64,000 nucleotides of DNA from Alphaproteobacteria bacterium. Its GTDB lineage: Bacteria; Pseudomonadota; Alphaproteobacteria; Bin95. The stretch lies in NCBI GenBank assembly GCA_965200785.1, contig CBDAVA010000002.1:291366-355365 (forward strand). Direction: 5' to 3'. Below are positions 9,435 through 18,591 of the stretch, piece after piece. A program made the position numbers and the translations under genes. The notes under the pieces are model-generated. The model saw only the letters and a program-made list of their open reading frames with translations. It was not told the origin of the DNA and ran no database searches. Position 1 is the stretch's first letter. The number at the start of each line of letters is the position of its first letter.

Positions 9435-10439
9435 ATGCGTGAACTCGTCCTCACCCTGAACCGCCTGCTCTGGCTGGTGCCGACGCTTCTCGGGCTGCTG
9501 GCCATCACCTTCACAATCAGCCACGTCATCCCGGCCGATCCCGTCGCCTTCATCGCCGGCGACAATGCCAGCGCCGAACAGATCGCCGCCCTGAAAGCCA
9601 AGTTCGGGGTGGACAAGCCCATCCCGGTCCAGCTCTGGAACTATGTCATCGGGGTCGCCCAGGGCGATTTCGGGGTCAGCCTCTATACGCAGCGCCCGAT
9701 CGCCGACGATCTCGTCTCGCGCCTGCCGGCCACGCTGGAGCTCGCCTTCGTCAGCATCCTGCTCTCGGCCATTATCGGCATTCCCCTGGGCGTACTGGCG
9801 GCGGTGGACCGCAATTCCTGGCTCGATCATGTGCTGCGCGTCTTCACCGTTTCCGGCCTCGCCATCGCCGCCTTCTGGCTGGCCATCCTGTTCCAACTCC
9901 TGTTCGCGATGGAACTCGGCATCACGCCGTTGCAGGGTCGTGTCGATGGATGGGGACCCGAACCGGTCACCGGCTTCTTCCTCATCGACTCCGCCTGGAC
10001 CGGCGACTGGGAGACCTTCCGCTCCGTCGCCCATCACATGGTCCTGCCGGCTGTCACGCTCGCCTTTCCCGCCATGGCGACGGTGATGCGGTTCACGCGC
10101 GCCGGTGTGCTCGATGCGATCAACTCCAACTATGTGGACTACCAGAACGCCATGGGCGTGCCCCGCCGCGTCGTCATATGGCGCTATGTGCTGAGGAACG
10201 CGCTGATCGGCACGGTAACGCAGCTCGGCCTGATCTTCGGCAACCTGATCGCGAACGCGGTCGTCGTGGAGGCGGTTTTCGACTGGCCGGGCCTCGGGCT
10301 CTACGCCGTCAATTCGATCCTGCAATCGGACTACAACGCCATCATGGGCTTTACACTCATCATGGGCGCTGTGTTCATTATCGCGAACCTGCTCGTGGAC
10401 ATCGCCCACGGCTTCATCGACCCGCGCGAAGCCAGCTGA
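9435..10439 (+). CDS. ABC transporter permease (DppB/OppB-like)
   Basis: 334-aa polytopic membrane protein. N-terminus MRELVLTLNRLLWLVPTLLGLLAITF is typical of the family. Confidence 0.9.
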   Translation: MRELVLTLNRLLWLVPTLLGLLAITFTISHVIPADPVAFIAGDNASAEQIAALKAKFGVDKPIPVQLWNYVIGVAQGDFGVSLYTQRPIADDLVSRLPATLELAFVSILLSAIIGIPLGVLAAVDRNSWLDHVLRVFTVSGLAIAAFWLAILFQLLFAMELGITPLQGRVDGWGPEPVTGFFLIDSAWTGDWETFRSVAHHMVLPAVTLAFPAMATVMRFTRAGVLDAINSNYVDYQNAMGVPRRVVIWRYVLRNALIGTVTQLGLIFGNLIANAVVVEAVFDWPGLGLYAVNSILQSDYNAIMGFTLIMGAVFIIANLLVDIAHGFIDPREAS

Positions 10440-11296
10440 TGGAAACCGTCCGCTTCCTGCTGCGCAAGCTCGCCGCCGACAGGACGGCGGCGCTCGGCGC
10501 CCTGATTATCCTGTTGCTCATCGTCGTGGCCATTGCCGCGCCGATCCTCTCCACGCACCCGCAGGATGTGAGCGAGTTCAATCCGCCGGGCCGCCTGCAG
10601 CCCCCCTCGGTCGAGCATTTCTTCGGCACCGACCGGATGGGCTCCGATGTCTATTCACGCATCCTGTTCGGCGCCCGCATCACCATTGCCATCGCCGTCA
10701 TCGCCATCGGCGTCAGCGTGCTGATCGGCATCCCGGTCGGGCTGGTGGCCGGCTACTACCGCAACTGGGTCTCGGATGCGCTCATGCGCATATCCGACAT
10801 TTTCCTGGCCGTCCCGCAGATCGTGCTGGCCATCGCCATCGCCCAGACCCTCGGCCCCTCCATCGAAAATGTCATTCTCGCGCTCTCCGCCACCTATTGG
10901 CCTTTCTGGGCGCGGCTCGTCTATGCGGAAACCCGCTCGGCGCTCAACGAGACCTATGTGGAGGCGTCCATCGCGCTCGGGGCATCGCCCGGACGGGTCA
11001 TGCTCTTCCACGTCCTTCCCAATATTTCCTCGTCACTCATCGTCCGCACCACGATCGGCATGGGCGGCACCATACTGACCGCCGCCACGCTCGGTTTCCT
11101 CGGCCTGGGCCCTCCGGCCCCCTCGCCCGAATGGGGCCGCACCATCGCCGAGTCCCGCGAGTTCCTGCCGGAAGCCTGGTGGTACGCTACCGCGCCGGGC
11201 CTCGCCATTTTCCTTGTCGTCATGGGCTTCAACCTGTTCGGCGACGGGCTGCGCGACATCCTGGACCCCCGGACCCGCAGGTCCTCCGATGGATGA
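10439..11296 (+). CDS. ABC transporter permease (DppC/OppC-like)
   Basis: ATG at 10439 overlaps the upstream TGA by 1 nt. The protein starts METVRFLLRKLAADRTAALGALIILLLIV and the C-terminus reads FNLFGDGLRDILDPR. Confidence 0.9.
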   Translation: METVRFLLRKLAADRTAALGALIILLLIVVAIAAPILSTHPQDVSEFNPPGRLQPPSVEHFFGTDRMGSDVYSRILFGARITIAIAVIAIGVSVLIGIPVGLVAGYYRNWVSDALMRISDIFLAVPQIVLAIAIAQTLGPSIENVILALSATYWPFWARLVYAETRSALNETYVEASIALGASPGRVMLFHVLPNISSSLIVRTTIGMGGTILTAATLGFLGLGPPAPSPEWGRTIAESREFLPEAWWYATAPGLAIFLVVMGFNLFGDGLRDILDPRTRRSSDG

Positions 11297-12311
11297 CCTC
11301 CTCACCGTCACCGATCTGGAGGTGGGCTTCCAGACCGACCGCGGCATGGCCCAGGTGCTCGACCGCGTGAATTTCCATGTCGGGCGCGGCGAGATCGTGG
11401 GCCTTGTTGGCGAGTCCGGCTGCGGAAAGACGACGCTCGCGCGCGCCATCCTCGGCGTGCTGCCGGCCAACTCGGCGCGAATTTCTTCGGGCGTCATCGA
11501 TTTCGACGGCCGGAACCTGCTGGCGGAGGACCCGGAGGACCTCGCCACGGAGGTCCGCGGCCGCCAGATCACGTTCGTCCCGCAGGACCCGTTCTCGTCC
11601 TTCAACCCCGTCTTCACCATCGGCGCCCAGATCGACGAGCTGATGAAGTGGAAATCGCCGAACTCGGAACCCGCCGCCGCCGCCCGCTTCTACCCCCGCG
11701 CGCGGCGCCAGTCGGACCGCACCCGCGTCCTCGAACTCCTGCGCACCGTGCAACTGCCCGATCCCGATGGGATCCTGAAGAAATACCCGCATGAGGTGTC
11801 CGGCGGCCAGCGCCAGCGCCTGATGATCGCCATGGCGCTGCTGCCCGAGCCGCAGCTCATCATTGCCGACGAGCCCACCACTGCCCTCGACGTCACGATC
11901 CAGGCCCAGATTCTCAAGCTCCTCAAGCGCCTCGCCGCCGAGCGCAGCGTTTCGATCCTCTTCACCACTCACGATCTCGGGACGGCCTACGAAATCTGCG
12001 ACCGCATCACCGTCATGTATGCCGGGCAGGAGGTCGAAAGCGCGCCTTCGGACGATTTCTTCGCGGCCCCGCGCCACCCCTATACGCAGCGCCTGCTGGA
12101 ATCCCTGCCGTCCCGCGAGCACGGCATCAGCGGCATCCCCGGCCAGATTCCAGCGCTGATCGACCCGCCGACCGGCTGCCGGTTCCACCCGCGCTGCTCC
12201 CATGCGAGCGACCGCTGCGCCGCCCTCCGCCCGGATGTGTCGCAGACAGGGCCCGCCCACCGGATCCGCTGCCATCACCCGGTCGATGCCGCTCAGGAGG
12301 CCGCTCCATGA
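11289..12311 (+). CDS. ABC transporter ATP-binding protein (DppD/OppD-like)
   Basis: MDDLLTVTDLEVGFQTDRG. Walker A GESGCGKTT, signature SGGQRQR, and a C-terminal CRFHPRC oligopeptide-type motif. Confidence 0.92.
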   Translation: MDDLLTVTDLEVGFQTDRGMAQVLDRVNFHVGRGEIVGLVGESGCGKTTLARAILGVLPANSARISSGVIDFDGRNLLAEDPEDLATEVRGRQITFVPQDPFSSFNPVFTIGAQIDELMKWKSPNSEPAAAARFYPRARRQSDRTRVLELLRTVQLPDPDGILKKYPHEVSGGQRQRLMIAMALLPEPQLIIADEPTTALDVTIQAQILKLLKRLAAERSVSILFTTHDLGTAYEICDRITVMYAGQEVESAPSDDFFAAPRHPYTQRLLESLPSREHGISGIPGQIPALIDPPTGCRFHPRCSHASDRCAALRPDVSQTGPAHRIRCHHPVDAAQEAAP

Positions 12312-13300
12312 AGCCTGCCGACACGGACCTGCTGCGCCTCGAAGGCCTGCAGAAATATTTCCCGATCCGCAACGTCTGGAAGCGCCGCATCGGCTGGCTG
12401 AAGGCGCTGGACGATGTCTCGCTCACGGTCGAGAAAGGCGAAATCCTGGGCATTGTCGGGGAGTCCGGCTGCGGCAAGTCCACCCTCGGCAAGACGGTTA
12501 TGGGCATTCATGCGCCGACCGGCGGAAAGATCGTTTTCGAAGGCAACGACATCACCGACCTCCGGCCGCACCAGTCCCGCGAGCTGCGCCGCGACCTGCA
12601 ATATACCTATCAGGACCCCGGCGCCTCGCTCGACCCGCGCTGGAAGATCGGCAAGTCGCTGGACGAGCCCCTGGTCATTCACACTGACCTCGGGGCCGCC
12701 GCCCGCCGCGAACGGGTGAGGGACATCCTGTCGGCAGTCGGCCTTCCGGAAAGCCATCTCGACCTGTACCCGCACGAAATCTCCGGCGGCCAGCAGCGCC
12801 GCGTCGGCCTCGCCCGAATCCTCACCCTGCAACCGACGCTGGTGGTGCTGGACGAGCCGACTTCGGGGCTCGACGTGTCCGTCCAGGCGACCGTGCTCAA
12901 CCTCTTTCTGGACATGCAGAAGCAGTTCGACCTCACCTATGTCTTCATCTCGCACGACCTCAGCGTCATCCGGATGATCTGTGACCGCGTCGCCGTCATG
13001 TATCTCGGGAAGGTCGTGGAGCTGGGGCCCACCGAGCGGATCTTCGACGCCCCCCGGCACCCCTATACCCGGTCGCTGCTGTCTGCGATCCCGCAGATCG
13101 GCAAGCAGCGGATCACCGAGAGCTTCTGGCTGGAGGGCGAACCGCCCGACCCCGGCAATCTCCCGTCCGGCTGCCGTTTCCGCACCCGGTGTCCGCTGGC
13201 CGAGCCGCGATGCGCCGCCGAAATTCCGCCGCTGCTGGAGCACATGCCCGGCCACGCTGATGCCTGCCTGTTCTCGGACCGGGCGGTCCCCGGACGGTAG
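12308..13300 (+). CDS. ABC transporter ATP-binding protein (DppF/OppF-like)
   Basis: 330 aa. Walker A GESGCGKST, signature SGGQQRR, C-terminal GCRFRTRCP. 4-nt overlap with the upstream gene. Confidence 0.92.
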   Translation: MKPADTDLLRLEGLQKYFPIRNVWKRRIGWLKALDDVSLTVEKGEILGIVGESGCGKSTLGKTVMGIHAPTGGKIVFEGNDITDLRPHQSRELRRDLQYTYQDPGASLDPRWKIGKSLDEPLVIHTDLGAAARRERVRDILSAVGLPESHLDLYPHEISGGQQRRVGLARILTLQPTLVVLDEPTSGLDVSVQATVLNLFLDMQKQFDLTYVFISHDLSVIRMICDRVAVMYLGKVVELGPTERIFDAPRHPYTRSLLSAIPQIGKQRITESFWLEGEPPDPGNLPSGCRFRTRCPLAEPRCAAEIPPLLEHMPGHADACLFSDRAVPGR

Positions 13301-13369
13301 CGCGCGGCCCGGTCCGGGCCGCGCCGCCGGCCGTTTCGGCTTTGCGGGAATGCCGGGGCGGCGGGACCA

Positions 13370-13560
13370 GGCTCTGGGGCGTTCCAGAGGCGGATTGACA
13401 ACCAAAATCCATGTCGCCTGTGACACCCTCGGTCGACCGCTCCGTGTGATCCTCCCGCCCGGACAGGTCGGCGATGCGCCGAGGGCCCTGACGTTGATGG
13501 ACGGGTGTCGGCCCTGCCCATGTGCTGGCCGACACAGCCTACGACACCTGTATGGACGTT
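13370..13560 (+). pseudogene. IS5-family (IS427-like) transposase internal fragment, frameshifted
   Basis: One frame reads ALGRSRGGLTTKIHVACDTLGRPLRVILPPGQVGDAPRALTLMDG. The next frame reads GPAHVLADTAYDT, which resembles the DDE-region 'ADKGYD' motif. There is no start, the fragment is truncated at both ends, and it is wedged between the dppF stop and the deacetylase stop. Confidence 0.7.
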
Positions 13561-13590
13561 CCGCGGCAGTCCCCCGCCTTCATGGCGCCG

Positions 13591-14511
13591 TCAGAGCCCG
13601 GCCTGCTCCTTGCAGTAGCCGGCGACATCGGCGTGGGTCGCGAACCAAACGCCGGGTTTCGTGCGGATATGCTGGACCAGCTCGTCGAGCACCTGTATGC
13701 GCGAGCGGTGGCCGATGAAATGCGGATGCATGGTTAGCAGGAACAGGCCTCCGTCGTCCCAGGCGCCGTCGAATTCGCGCCTGAACACCTCCAGCACACC
13801 CCCCGGCGGGGTATAGGGCCGGAGGCCCGAGAAGCGGTCCATCGACCAGTAGGGCGCGTCGTCGCGGATCCACTCCACCGGCAGTTCGACCACGCCGGTC
13901 GGCTCGTTGTCCTCCAGCAACTCGTAGGGTTCGTCGTCGGCCATGAGCGAGGAGTCGTAGAGCAGGCCCATCTCGCGCGTGATCGCCAGCGTGTGCTCCG
14001 AGAAGTCCCATGAGGGCGTGCGGATGCCGACCGGACGGACGCCGCAGACCTCCTCCAGCTTGTCAGCGGCGCGCATCTGGAGATCGCGCTCGGCATCCGG
14101 CGGCAGGGCGGAGTTGAGTTCGTGAATCCAGGAATGGATGCCGATCTCGTGGCCTTCCGCAATTACCCGGCGCTGCTCGTCGGGATGCAGCATGGCGATC
14201 ACGGCCGGCACGAAGAAGGTGGCCGGCACGCCGTAGCGTTCGAGCAAGTTCAGAATCCTCGGCACGCCGGCCCGGGCGCCGTACTGGCCCTGGCTGAGCT
14301 TGCCGGGCGAACTCTGCGCCCAGCGCAGGGTCTGCGTTTCGTGGTCCGAATCGAAGGAGAGCGCGACGGCGCAGCGCGCGCCTCCGGGCCACACCGCGGG
14401 CTTGAGGGACCGGCCGGCCCTGACCTTCTCGACGATGGGCCGCCAGTCGGACTCGTCCCACTTCCAGGCTTCAGGCTGGGCCGGCACGCCGGTTCCCTTA
14501 TGCTTGCTCAT
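13591..14511 (-). CDS. polysaccharide deacetylase family protein (PuuE/divergent CE4-like)
   Basis: Internal ATG (14509-14511) preceded by GGAGGA. The protein starts MSKHKGTGVPAQPEAWKWDE and contains WPGGARCAVALSFDSDHE, ATFFVP and HEIGIHSWIHE. Confidence 0.85.
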   Translation of the reverse strand: MSKHKGTGVPAQPEAWKWDESDWRPIVEKVRAGRSLKPAVWPGGARCAVALSFDSDHETQTLRWAQSSPGKLSQGQYGARAGVPRILNLLERYGVPATFFVPAVIAMLHPDEQRRVIAEGHEIGIHSWIHELNSALPPDAERDLQMRAADKLEEVCGVRPVGIRTPSWDFSEHTLAITREMGLLYDSSLMADDEPYELLEDNEPTGVVELPVEWIRDDAPYWSMDRFSGLRPYTPPGGVLEVFRREFDGAWDDGGLFLLTMHPHFIGHRSRIQVLDELVQHIRTKPGVWFATHADVAGYCKEQAGL

Positions 14512-14623
14512 GGCCGTCCTCCTTCCCTCTCCCGGTTCGCGCCCGGGCTGATGCAGCATAGCATCGCCGCAAGCGCCGAAGTCCAACGAACGCCCGGGAC
14601 GACAGGCGGCGGGAGCGGGGTTG

Positions 14624-14830
14624 AGGCGGAACGGTGCTGCAATCGACGACGAGATCGCCGGCGCGGGCATAGGCCGGCAGCCCGTCCCCTCTGAGACAGA
14701 CGGGACGAACCTCGTCCGCCCCCGGCAGCGACAGGAAGACGATATCGCACGCGCACGCCACCTGCGCCGGGTCGGCGGCCGCAACGCTCCCTTGCAGGAC
14801 GCAGGCGGCGGGGGCCGGGGCGACGATTTT
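14624..14830 (-). pseudogene. relic of an NAD-binding 3-hydroxyisobutyrate/6-phosphogluconate dehydrogenase-like gene
   Basis: ORF 14498..14959(-) contains AAADPAQVACACDIVFLSLPGADEVRPVCLRGDGLPAYARAGDLVVDCSTVPP. This resembles the second half of the NAD_binding_2 domain (...aDvvf.mLP....v..vl.g..g....l..G..vvDmST..P). There is no GxGxxG motif and no catalytic domain, and it lies in a 360-bp gap. Confidence 0.4.
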
Positions 14831-14871
14831 GGGCTCGAACCGAAATGCGATTCCATCAGAACGAATTCCGC

Positions 14872-15861
14872 TCAATCGTCGATCCGGCGTTCCATCTTCT
14901 CGCGCATGTGGTCGCCGGCCATGATCGGGCGGTATTTCGCCGGGTTGCCGGCGCCGCAACAGGAGTCGAGGCAGGCAATCTCGGCGTCGTAATTCGGATG
15001 GAGGAAATAGCCGATGGTCTGCCGCCGGCTTTCCCGGCGGCGGTCGGCCGGCGGGTTCACGACACGGTGGACCGTCGATTTCCAGCGGTCATTGGTCCAG
15101 CGCTGCATCATGTCGCCGAGATTGACCGCCAGTTGCCCGGGTCCCGGCCGGACATCCTGCCATGAGCCGTCCGGCATGAGCGCCTGCAGGCCGCCCGGCG
15201 CATCGTTGAAGGCGAGGATCGTCAGGCTACCGAAATCGGTATGCGCCCCGCAGCGGAGCTGGCCCGGCTGAGGGTCGTCCTCGATGACGGGATAGTGGTT
15301 CGACGGGCAGGTGCTGAAATGGCGGTCGATCTTGTCGTCGAAATAGGTCTCGGGAAGCGCGAGCGCGCTCGCGAAGACGCCCATCAGGCGCGAGGCGAGG
15401 CTCTCGAACGCGGCGTAGAACTCCGTGAACACCTCCCGGTAGGCGGGCGGATGCGCCGGCCAGATATTGCCCGAATAGAAGAGCGCGGCGCCCGGAACAT
15501 CGGCGAACCGGTCGGCCCAGGAGACCATCGGGCCCACGAAGAACTGCTCCCTCAGGTCGGGCGGGGTCTCCTCGCCCAGCGTGCGCGCCAGATTGCGCGT
15601 CGCAACAGCGTGGTAGCCGCGCGGCGCGACGCCGTCAGCCGGCATGAAACGCGCCTTTTCCCCGGGCGAAAGGTCGAAGAACGCCTGCGACACCGAAAAG
15701 GCGCGGTCGATCAGCTCCTGCGGAATCCCGTGGCCGGAGACGATCAGGAAGCCGATGTTCTCGCAGGCCCACCCGACCCGCTCGGCCACAGCTCGCCGGT
15801 CGCCGGCATCGCCGGACCAGCAGGGGCCGAGATCGATCACCGGAATTGCGTCGACGGCCAT
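14872..15861 (-). CDS. 2-oxoglutarate/Fe(II)-dependent oxygenase (isopenicillin N synthase family)
   Basis: Internal ATG gives MAVDAIPVIDLGP. The core CGAHTDFGSLTILAFNDAPGGLQ...STVHRV carries the HxD...H facial triad and RxS. Confidence 0.88.
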   Translation of the reverse strand: MAVDAIPVIDLGPCWSGDAGDRRAVAERVGWACENIGFLIVSGHGIPQELIDRAFSVSQAFFDLSPGEKARFMPADGVAPRGYHAVATRNLARTLGEETPPDLREQFFVGPMVSWADRFADVPGAALFYSGNIWPAHPPAYREVFTEFYAAFESLASRLMGVFASALALPETYFDDKIDRHFSTCPSNHYPVIEDDPQPGQLRCGAHTDFGSLTILAFNDAPGGLQALMPDGSWQDVRPGPGQLAVNLGDMMQRWTNDRWKSTVHRVVNPPADRRRESRRQTIGYFLHPNYDAEIACLDSCCGAGNPAKYRPIMAGDHMREKMERRIDD

Positions 15862-15923
15862 GTTCGGGGGCGTTCCTTTTCCGGACCCGGCGTCACGGCA
15901 GCGTAAGCCGGGGCGCTCGCCGG

Positions 15924-16550
15924 TTACAGGCCCGTCGATGCGGGAAACGCCTGTTCCGGCCGGTAGTCGGCGAAGCTCGACAGGAATTGGGCGTCGCATT
16001 CCCGCTGCCAGCGCGAGCCGGGCAGAACGGCGCTAACGCAGGGATATTTCTCGCGGAACGCCGCCGTGCGCTCCGCGTTCTCGATGGCGATGGCGACCAG
16101 GCCGGCGACGCGGCCCTTCTGGCGTTCGACGAGGGCGATGGCGCCGGCCATCGTTCCGCCGGTCTCGATCCACTGATCGACGAGCAGTACTCGCGTCCCC
16201 GGGGCGAAAGCCGGCAGACGCATTTCCATGTGTTGCGTCCGGCCCGAATAGTTCGTGAACTCCACGCTGTCCGTATCGACGCAGAGCCTGCCGGCCTTGC
16301 GGATCGGCAGGAAGCCGACGCCCAGCCTCTCCGCCAGCGCTGCGCCCAGAACGAAGCCCATGGCGTCCAGCCCCGCGACGACATCGACCTCGATACCCTC
16401 CAGATCGGCGCACAGGTCGTCCAGAAGGTCGTGAAAGGCCGCTCCGTTGATGTAGATGGATGTCGGGTCCAGCCAGGCGAACTTGCCGCCCTTGGTGTTC
16501 GGCGCCATCAGCCGCAAATACCGGCGGTCGTGGCGGGGGCCCTTATCCAT
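15924..16550 (-). CDS. type I phosphoribosyltransferase, adenine-PRT-like (divergent)
   Basis: VDVVAGLDAMGFVLGAALAERLGVGFLPIRKAGRL is colinear with Apt. The PRPP loop reads VLLVDQWIETGGT (D-Q instead of the usual acidic pair). A ~40-aa C-terminal extension is present. 8-nt overlap with the upstream gene. An alternative start is M15 at 16508. Confidence 0.75.
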   Translation of the reverse strand: MDKGPRHDRRYLRLMAPNTKGGKFAWLDPTSIYINGAAFHDLLDDLCADLEGIEVDVVAGLDAMGFVLGAALAERLGVGFLPIRKAGRLCVDTDSVEFTNYSGRTQHMEMRLPAFAPGTRVLLVDQWIETGGTMAGAIALVERQKGRVAGLVAIAIENAERTAAFREKYPCVSAVLPGSRWQRECDAQFLSSFADYRPEQAFPASTGL

Positions 16551-17286
16551 GGCAGCCGATCTCCCGGGTTACCCGCATCAGCCGCGCCAGCCGGGCGGGG
16601 TCGATATTGTAGAAATCGCCCGACCGGTTGATCCCGGTGGCGACCAGGAAGGCATCGACATCGCCATATCCCGCGGCGTTCTCGGGGGTGATGCCCGAGG
16701 CCAGCGCGAGCGGCGCGTCGCCGATGCCGTCCCGGAAGCGGCGGACCTTTTGCAGGCCGGCCTCCTCCCCGGTCGCGACGCCCGAGGTCGTGACCACATC
16801 CATGAAGGGAGCCGCCTCGCGCGCGGCGTCCCGCCAGCGCGCCGGATCCACGGGGCGCTGCTTCTTGAACGCCGTGCCGCCGAAATAGAGACCCGACCAT
16901 CCGCTGGCCGCCCGCGCCGCGGCGATCTGCCGGGCCCCGGACATGTCCCGGCCGGTCTCGTCGATCCGCGCATTGTCGGCCCAGTAGGCGTCTATCGGGC
17001 AGCCCGTCTGCTCCAGACCGCCTAGGACGGGGAAGGCGTCGCGGCCCGTGACGGCCAGAAAGTTGACTCCCATCCAGAGCGACGGCCATGCGCTGCGGGT
17101 CTCGCGGATGACCGGCAGGAATTCATCGACGCCGAAGTCGTGGTTGATGAGGAAGCAGCCGGGGGCGCCCTCGCCGACCAGGATGCGAATGTTCTCGCTC
17201 GCCTGTCCGGCGTCCAGCACATGAATCACGGGCAGGACAACCGGGCCCGGCGCGTTGAAGAGCTTGTGAAATTCCTGAAGCGTCAT
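16543..17286 (-). CDS. BtpA/SgcQ-family TIM-barrel protein (function unknown)
   Basis: 247 aa. The pattern VLPVIHV...GCFLINHDF...LWMGVNFL...DVVTTSGVATG...PLALASGITPENA...DAFLVATGI follows the BtpA family pattern recalled from memory. Not verified by search. Confidence 0.6.
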   Translation of the reverse strand: MTLQEFHKLFNAPGPVVLPVIHVLDAGQASENIRILVGEGAPGCFLINHDFGVDEFLPVIRETRSAWPSLWMGVNFLAVTGRDAFPVLGGLEQTGCPIDAYWADNARIDETGRDMSGARQIAAARAASGWSGLYFGGTAFKKQRPVDPARWRDAAREAAPFMDVVTTSGVATGEEAGLQKVRRFRDGIGDAPLALASGITPENAAGYGDVDAFLVATGINRSGDFYNIDPARLARLMRVTREIGCHG

Positions 17287-17456
17287 GCCCGGAAACTAGC
17301 GGCCGAGTGACCGGGCAGTCAAAGAAGTTTGTTGCCGCAATGCGCTTTTCGGGGTTGGATACCGTGAGCAACCGACGGGAGACTACATCATGAGCGAACA
17401 GGTGAACCTGACGCGCCGCAAGGTGCTCGTGGCGACCGGCGCTCAGCGCCCCGTTT

Positions 17457-18503
17457 GTGGGCCGCGCATGGGCCTCGACGACCGAGATCAACATGCTCGC
17501 CTGGTACGGCCACGGCGAGGCCGACGTCATTGGCGCTTTCGAGGAAGCCAACAATGTGAAGTTCAAACCGAAATACTATGCCGGCGGCGACAACATGCTG
17601 GCGCTGATCGCCCAGTCGCCTCCGGGCACCTATGACGTCATCCTCTCGGACGCGGAGTTCGTGCAGCAGCTGAATGCGGCCGGCTATATCGAGGCCCTCG
17701 ACGCGAACGACTACCCGTTCGACGACATGCTGCACGACGACTTCACCAAGTTCTCGGGACACTGGGACGGCGACACGCTGTTCTCGATGATGGTGCGGTT
17801 CGGGCATCTGGGCGTCAGCTACAACACGACCGCGATCTCGGCCGAAGAAGCCATGAGCTACAAGTGCTTCTGGAAGCCGGAGGTGATGGGCAAGGTCGGC
17901 CACTTCGACTGGCACCTGCCGTCGCTCGGCATGATGAGCCTCCATAACGGCAATGGCGCGGGCGTCTGGGACCTGGACGACGCGGCATGGGAGGCGGTAC
18001 AGAAGACGACCATGAGCCTGCGCCCGCAGGTCGGCGGCTTCTTCGACTATGGCGGCACCTTCAACAGCCTGAAAAACGGCGAGATGCTGGCCATGTGCGG
18101 CATCGGCGACTGGATCACGGGGGTCCTGGAAAAGGACGGCGCGCCGGTGGCCTCGGTCATTCCCAAGGAGGGCGGCATCCAGTGGACCGAGAGCTACTGC
18201 ATCGGTAAGGGCTCCTCCAAGGCGGATATCGTCAAGAGCTTCATCCAGTACATGCTGAGCCCCGAGGGACAGGTGAAATCGGCCCAGATGGCCGCCTATC
18301 CCGGCAACTGCGTCACCAAAGGCGGACGCGCGGCGCTGATTGCCGCCGACAGGGCCGAGGCCGAACGCACCAACCAGGTGGACGGGAACCCGATGGACCC
18401 CATCGCGCTCATCAATGAGGGGCGCATCCACTACCGCGACATCCCGGTCAACCAGACCCTCGAGGAGTGGAACGACTTCTGGTCCGAATACAAGAACGCC
18501 TGA
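17457..18503 (+). CDS. ABC transporter substrate-binding protein (PotD/PotF-like); signal peptide lies in another frame (apparent frameshift)
   Basis: The mature part (STTEINMLAWYGHGEADVIGAFEE...) is a family-1 extracytoplasmic binding protein. The Tat-type leader MSEQVNLTRRKVLVATG is encoded from ATG 17390 in a different frame. Removing one base near 17441 restores MSEQVNLTRRKVLVATGLSAPFVGRAWA/STTE. Confidence 0.8.
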   Translation: MGRAWASTTEINMLAWYGHGEADVIGAFEEANNVKFKPKYYAGGDNMLALIAQSPPGTYDVILSDAEFVQQLNAAGYIEALDANDYPFDDMLHDDFTKFSGHWDGDTLFSMMVRFGHLGVSYNTTAISAEEAMSYKCFWKPEVMGKVGHFDWHLPSLGMMSLHNGNGAGVWDLDDAAWEAVQKTTMSLRPQVGGFFDYGGTFNSLKNGEMLAMCGIGDWITGVLEKDGAPVASVIPKEGGIQWTESYCIGKGSSKADIVKSFIQYMLSPEGQVKSAQMAAYPGNCVTKGGRAALIAADRAEAERTNQVDGNPMDPIALINEGRIHYRDIPVNQTLEEWNDFWSEYKNA

Positions 18504-18519
18504 TGCCGGGGCGGACCTG

Positions 18520-18545
18520 TCCGGGACCTCTTGTCGGGTCCCGGA
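18520..18545 (+). terminator. stem-loop after the binding-protein gene
   Basis: TCCGGGACC (18520-18528) pairs with GGTCCCGGA (18537-18545), with an 8-nt loop. There is no clear U-tract. Confidence 0.3.
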
Positions 18546-18591
18546 CGCCGCCGGGTCCGCAACGCCTCATCTATAGGCCGAGGCGCGCGCC

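Noticed and set aside
7619-9622. 667-aa ORF on the minus strand
   Set aside because: It is antisense to the well-supported DppA-like binding-protein gene. Its composition is Arg/Ala/Gly/Pro-rich with no family motifs, which is the typical shadow ORF of a high-GC genome.
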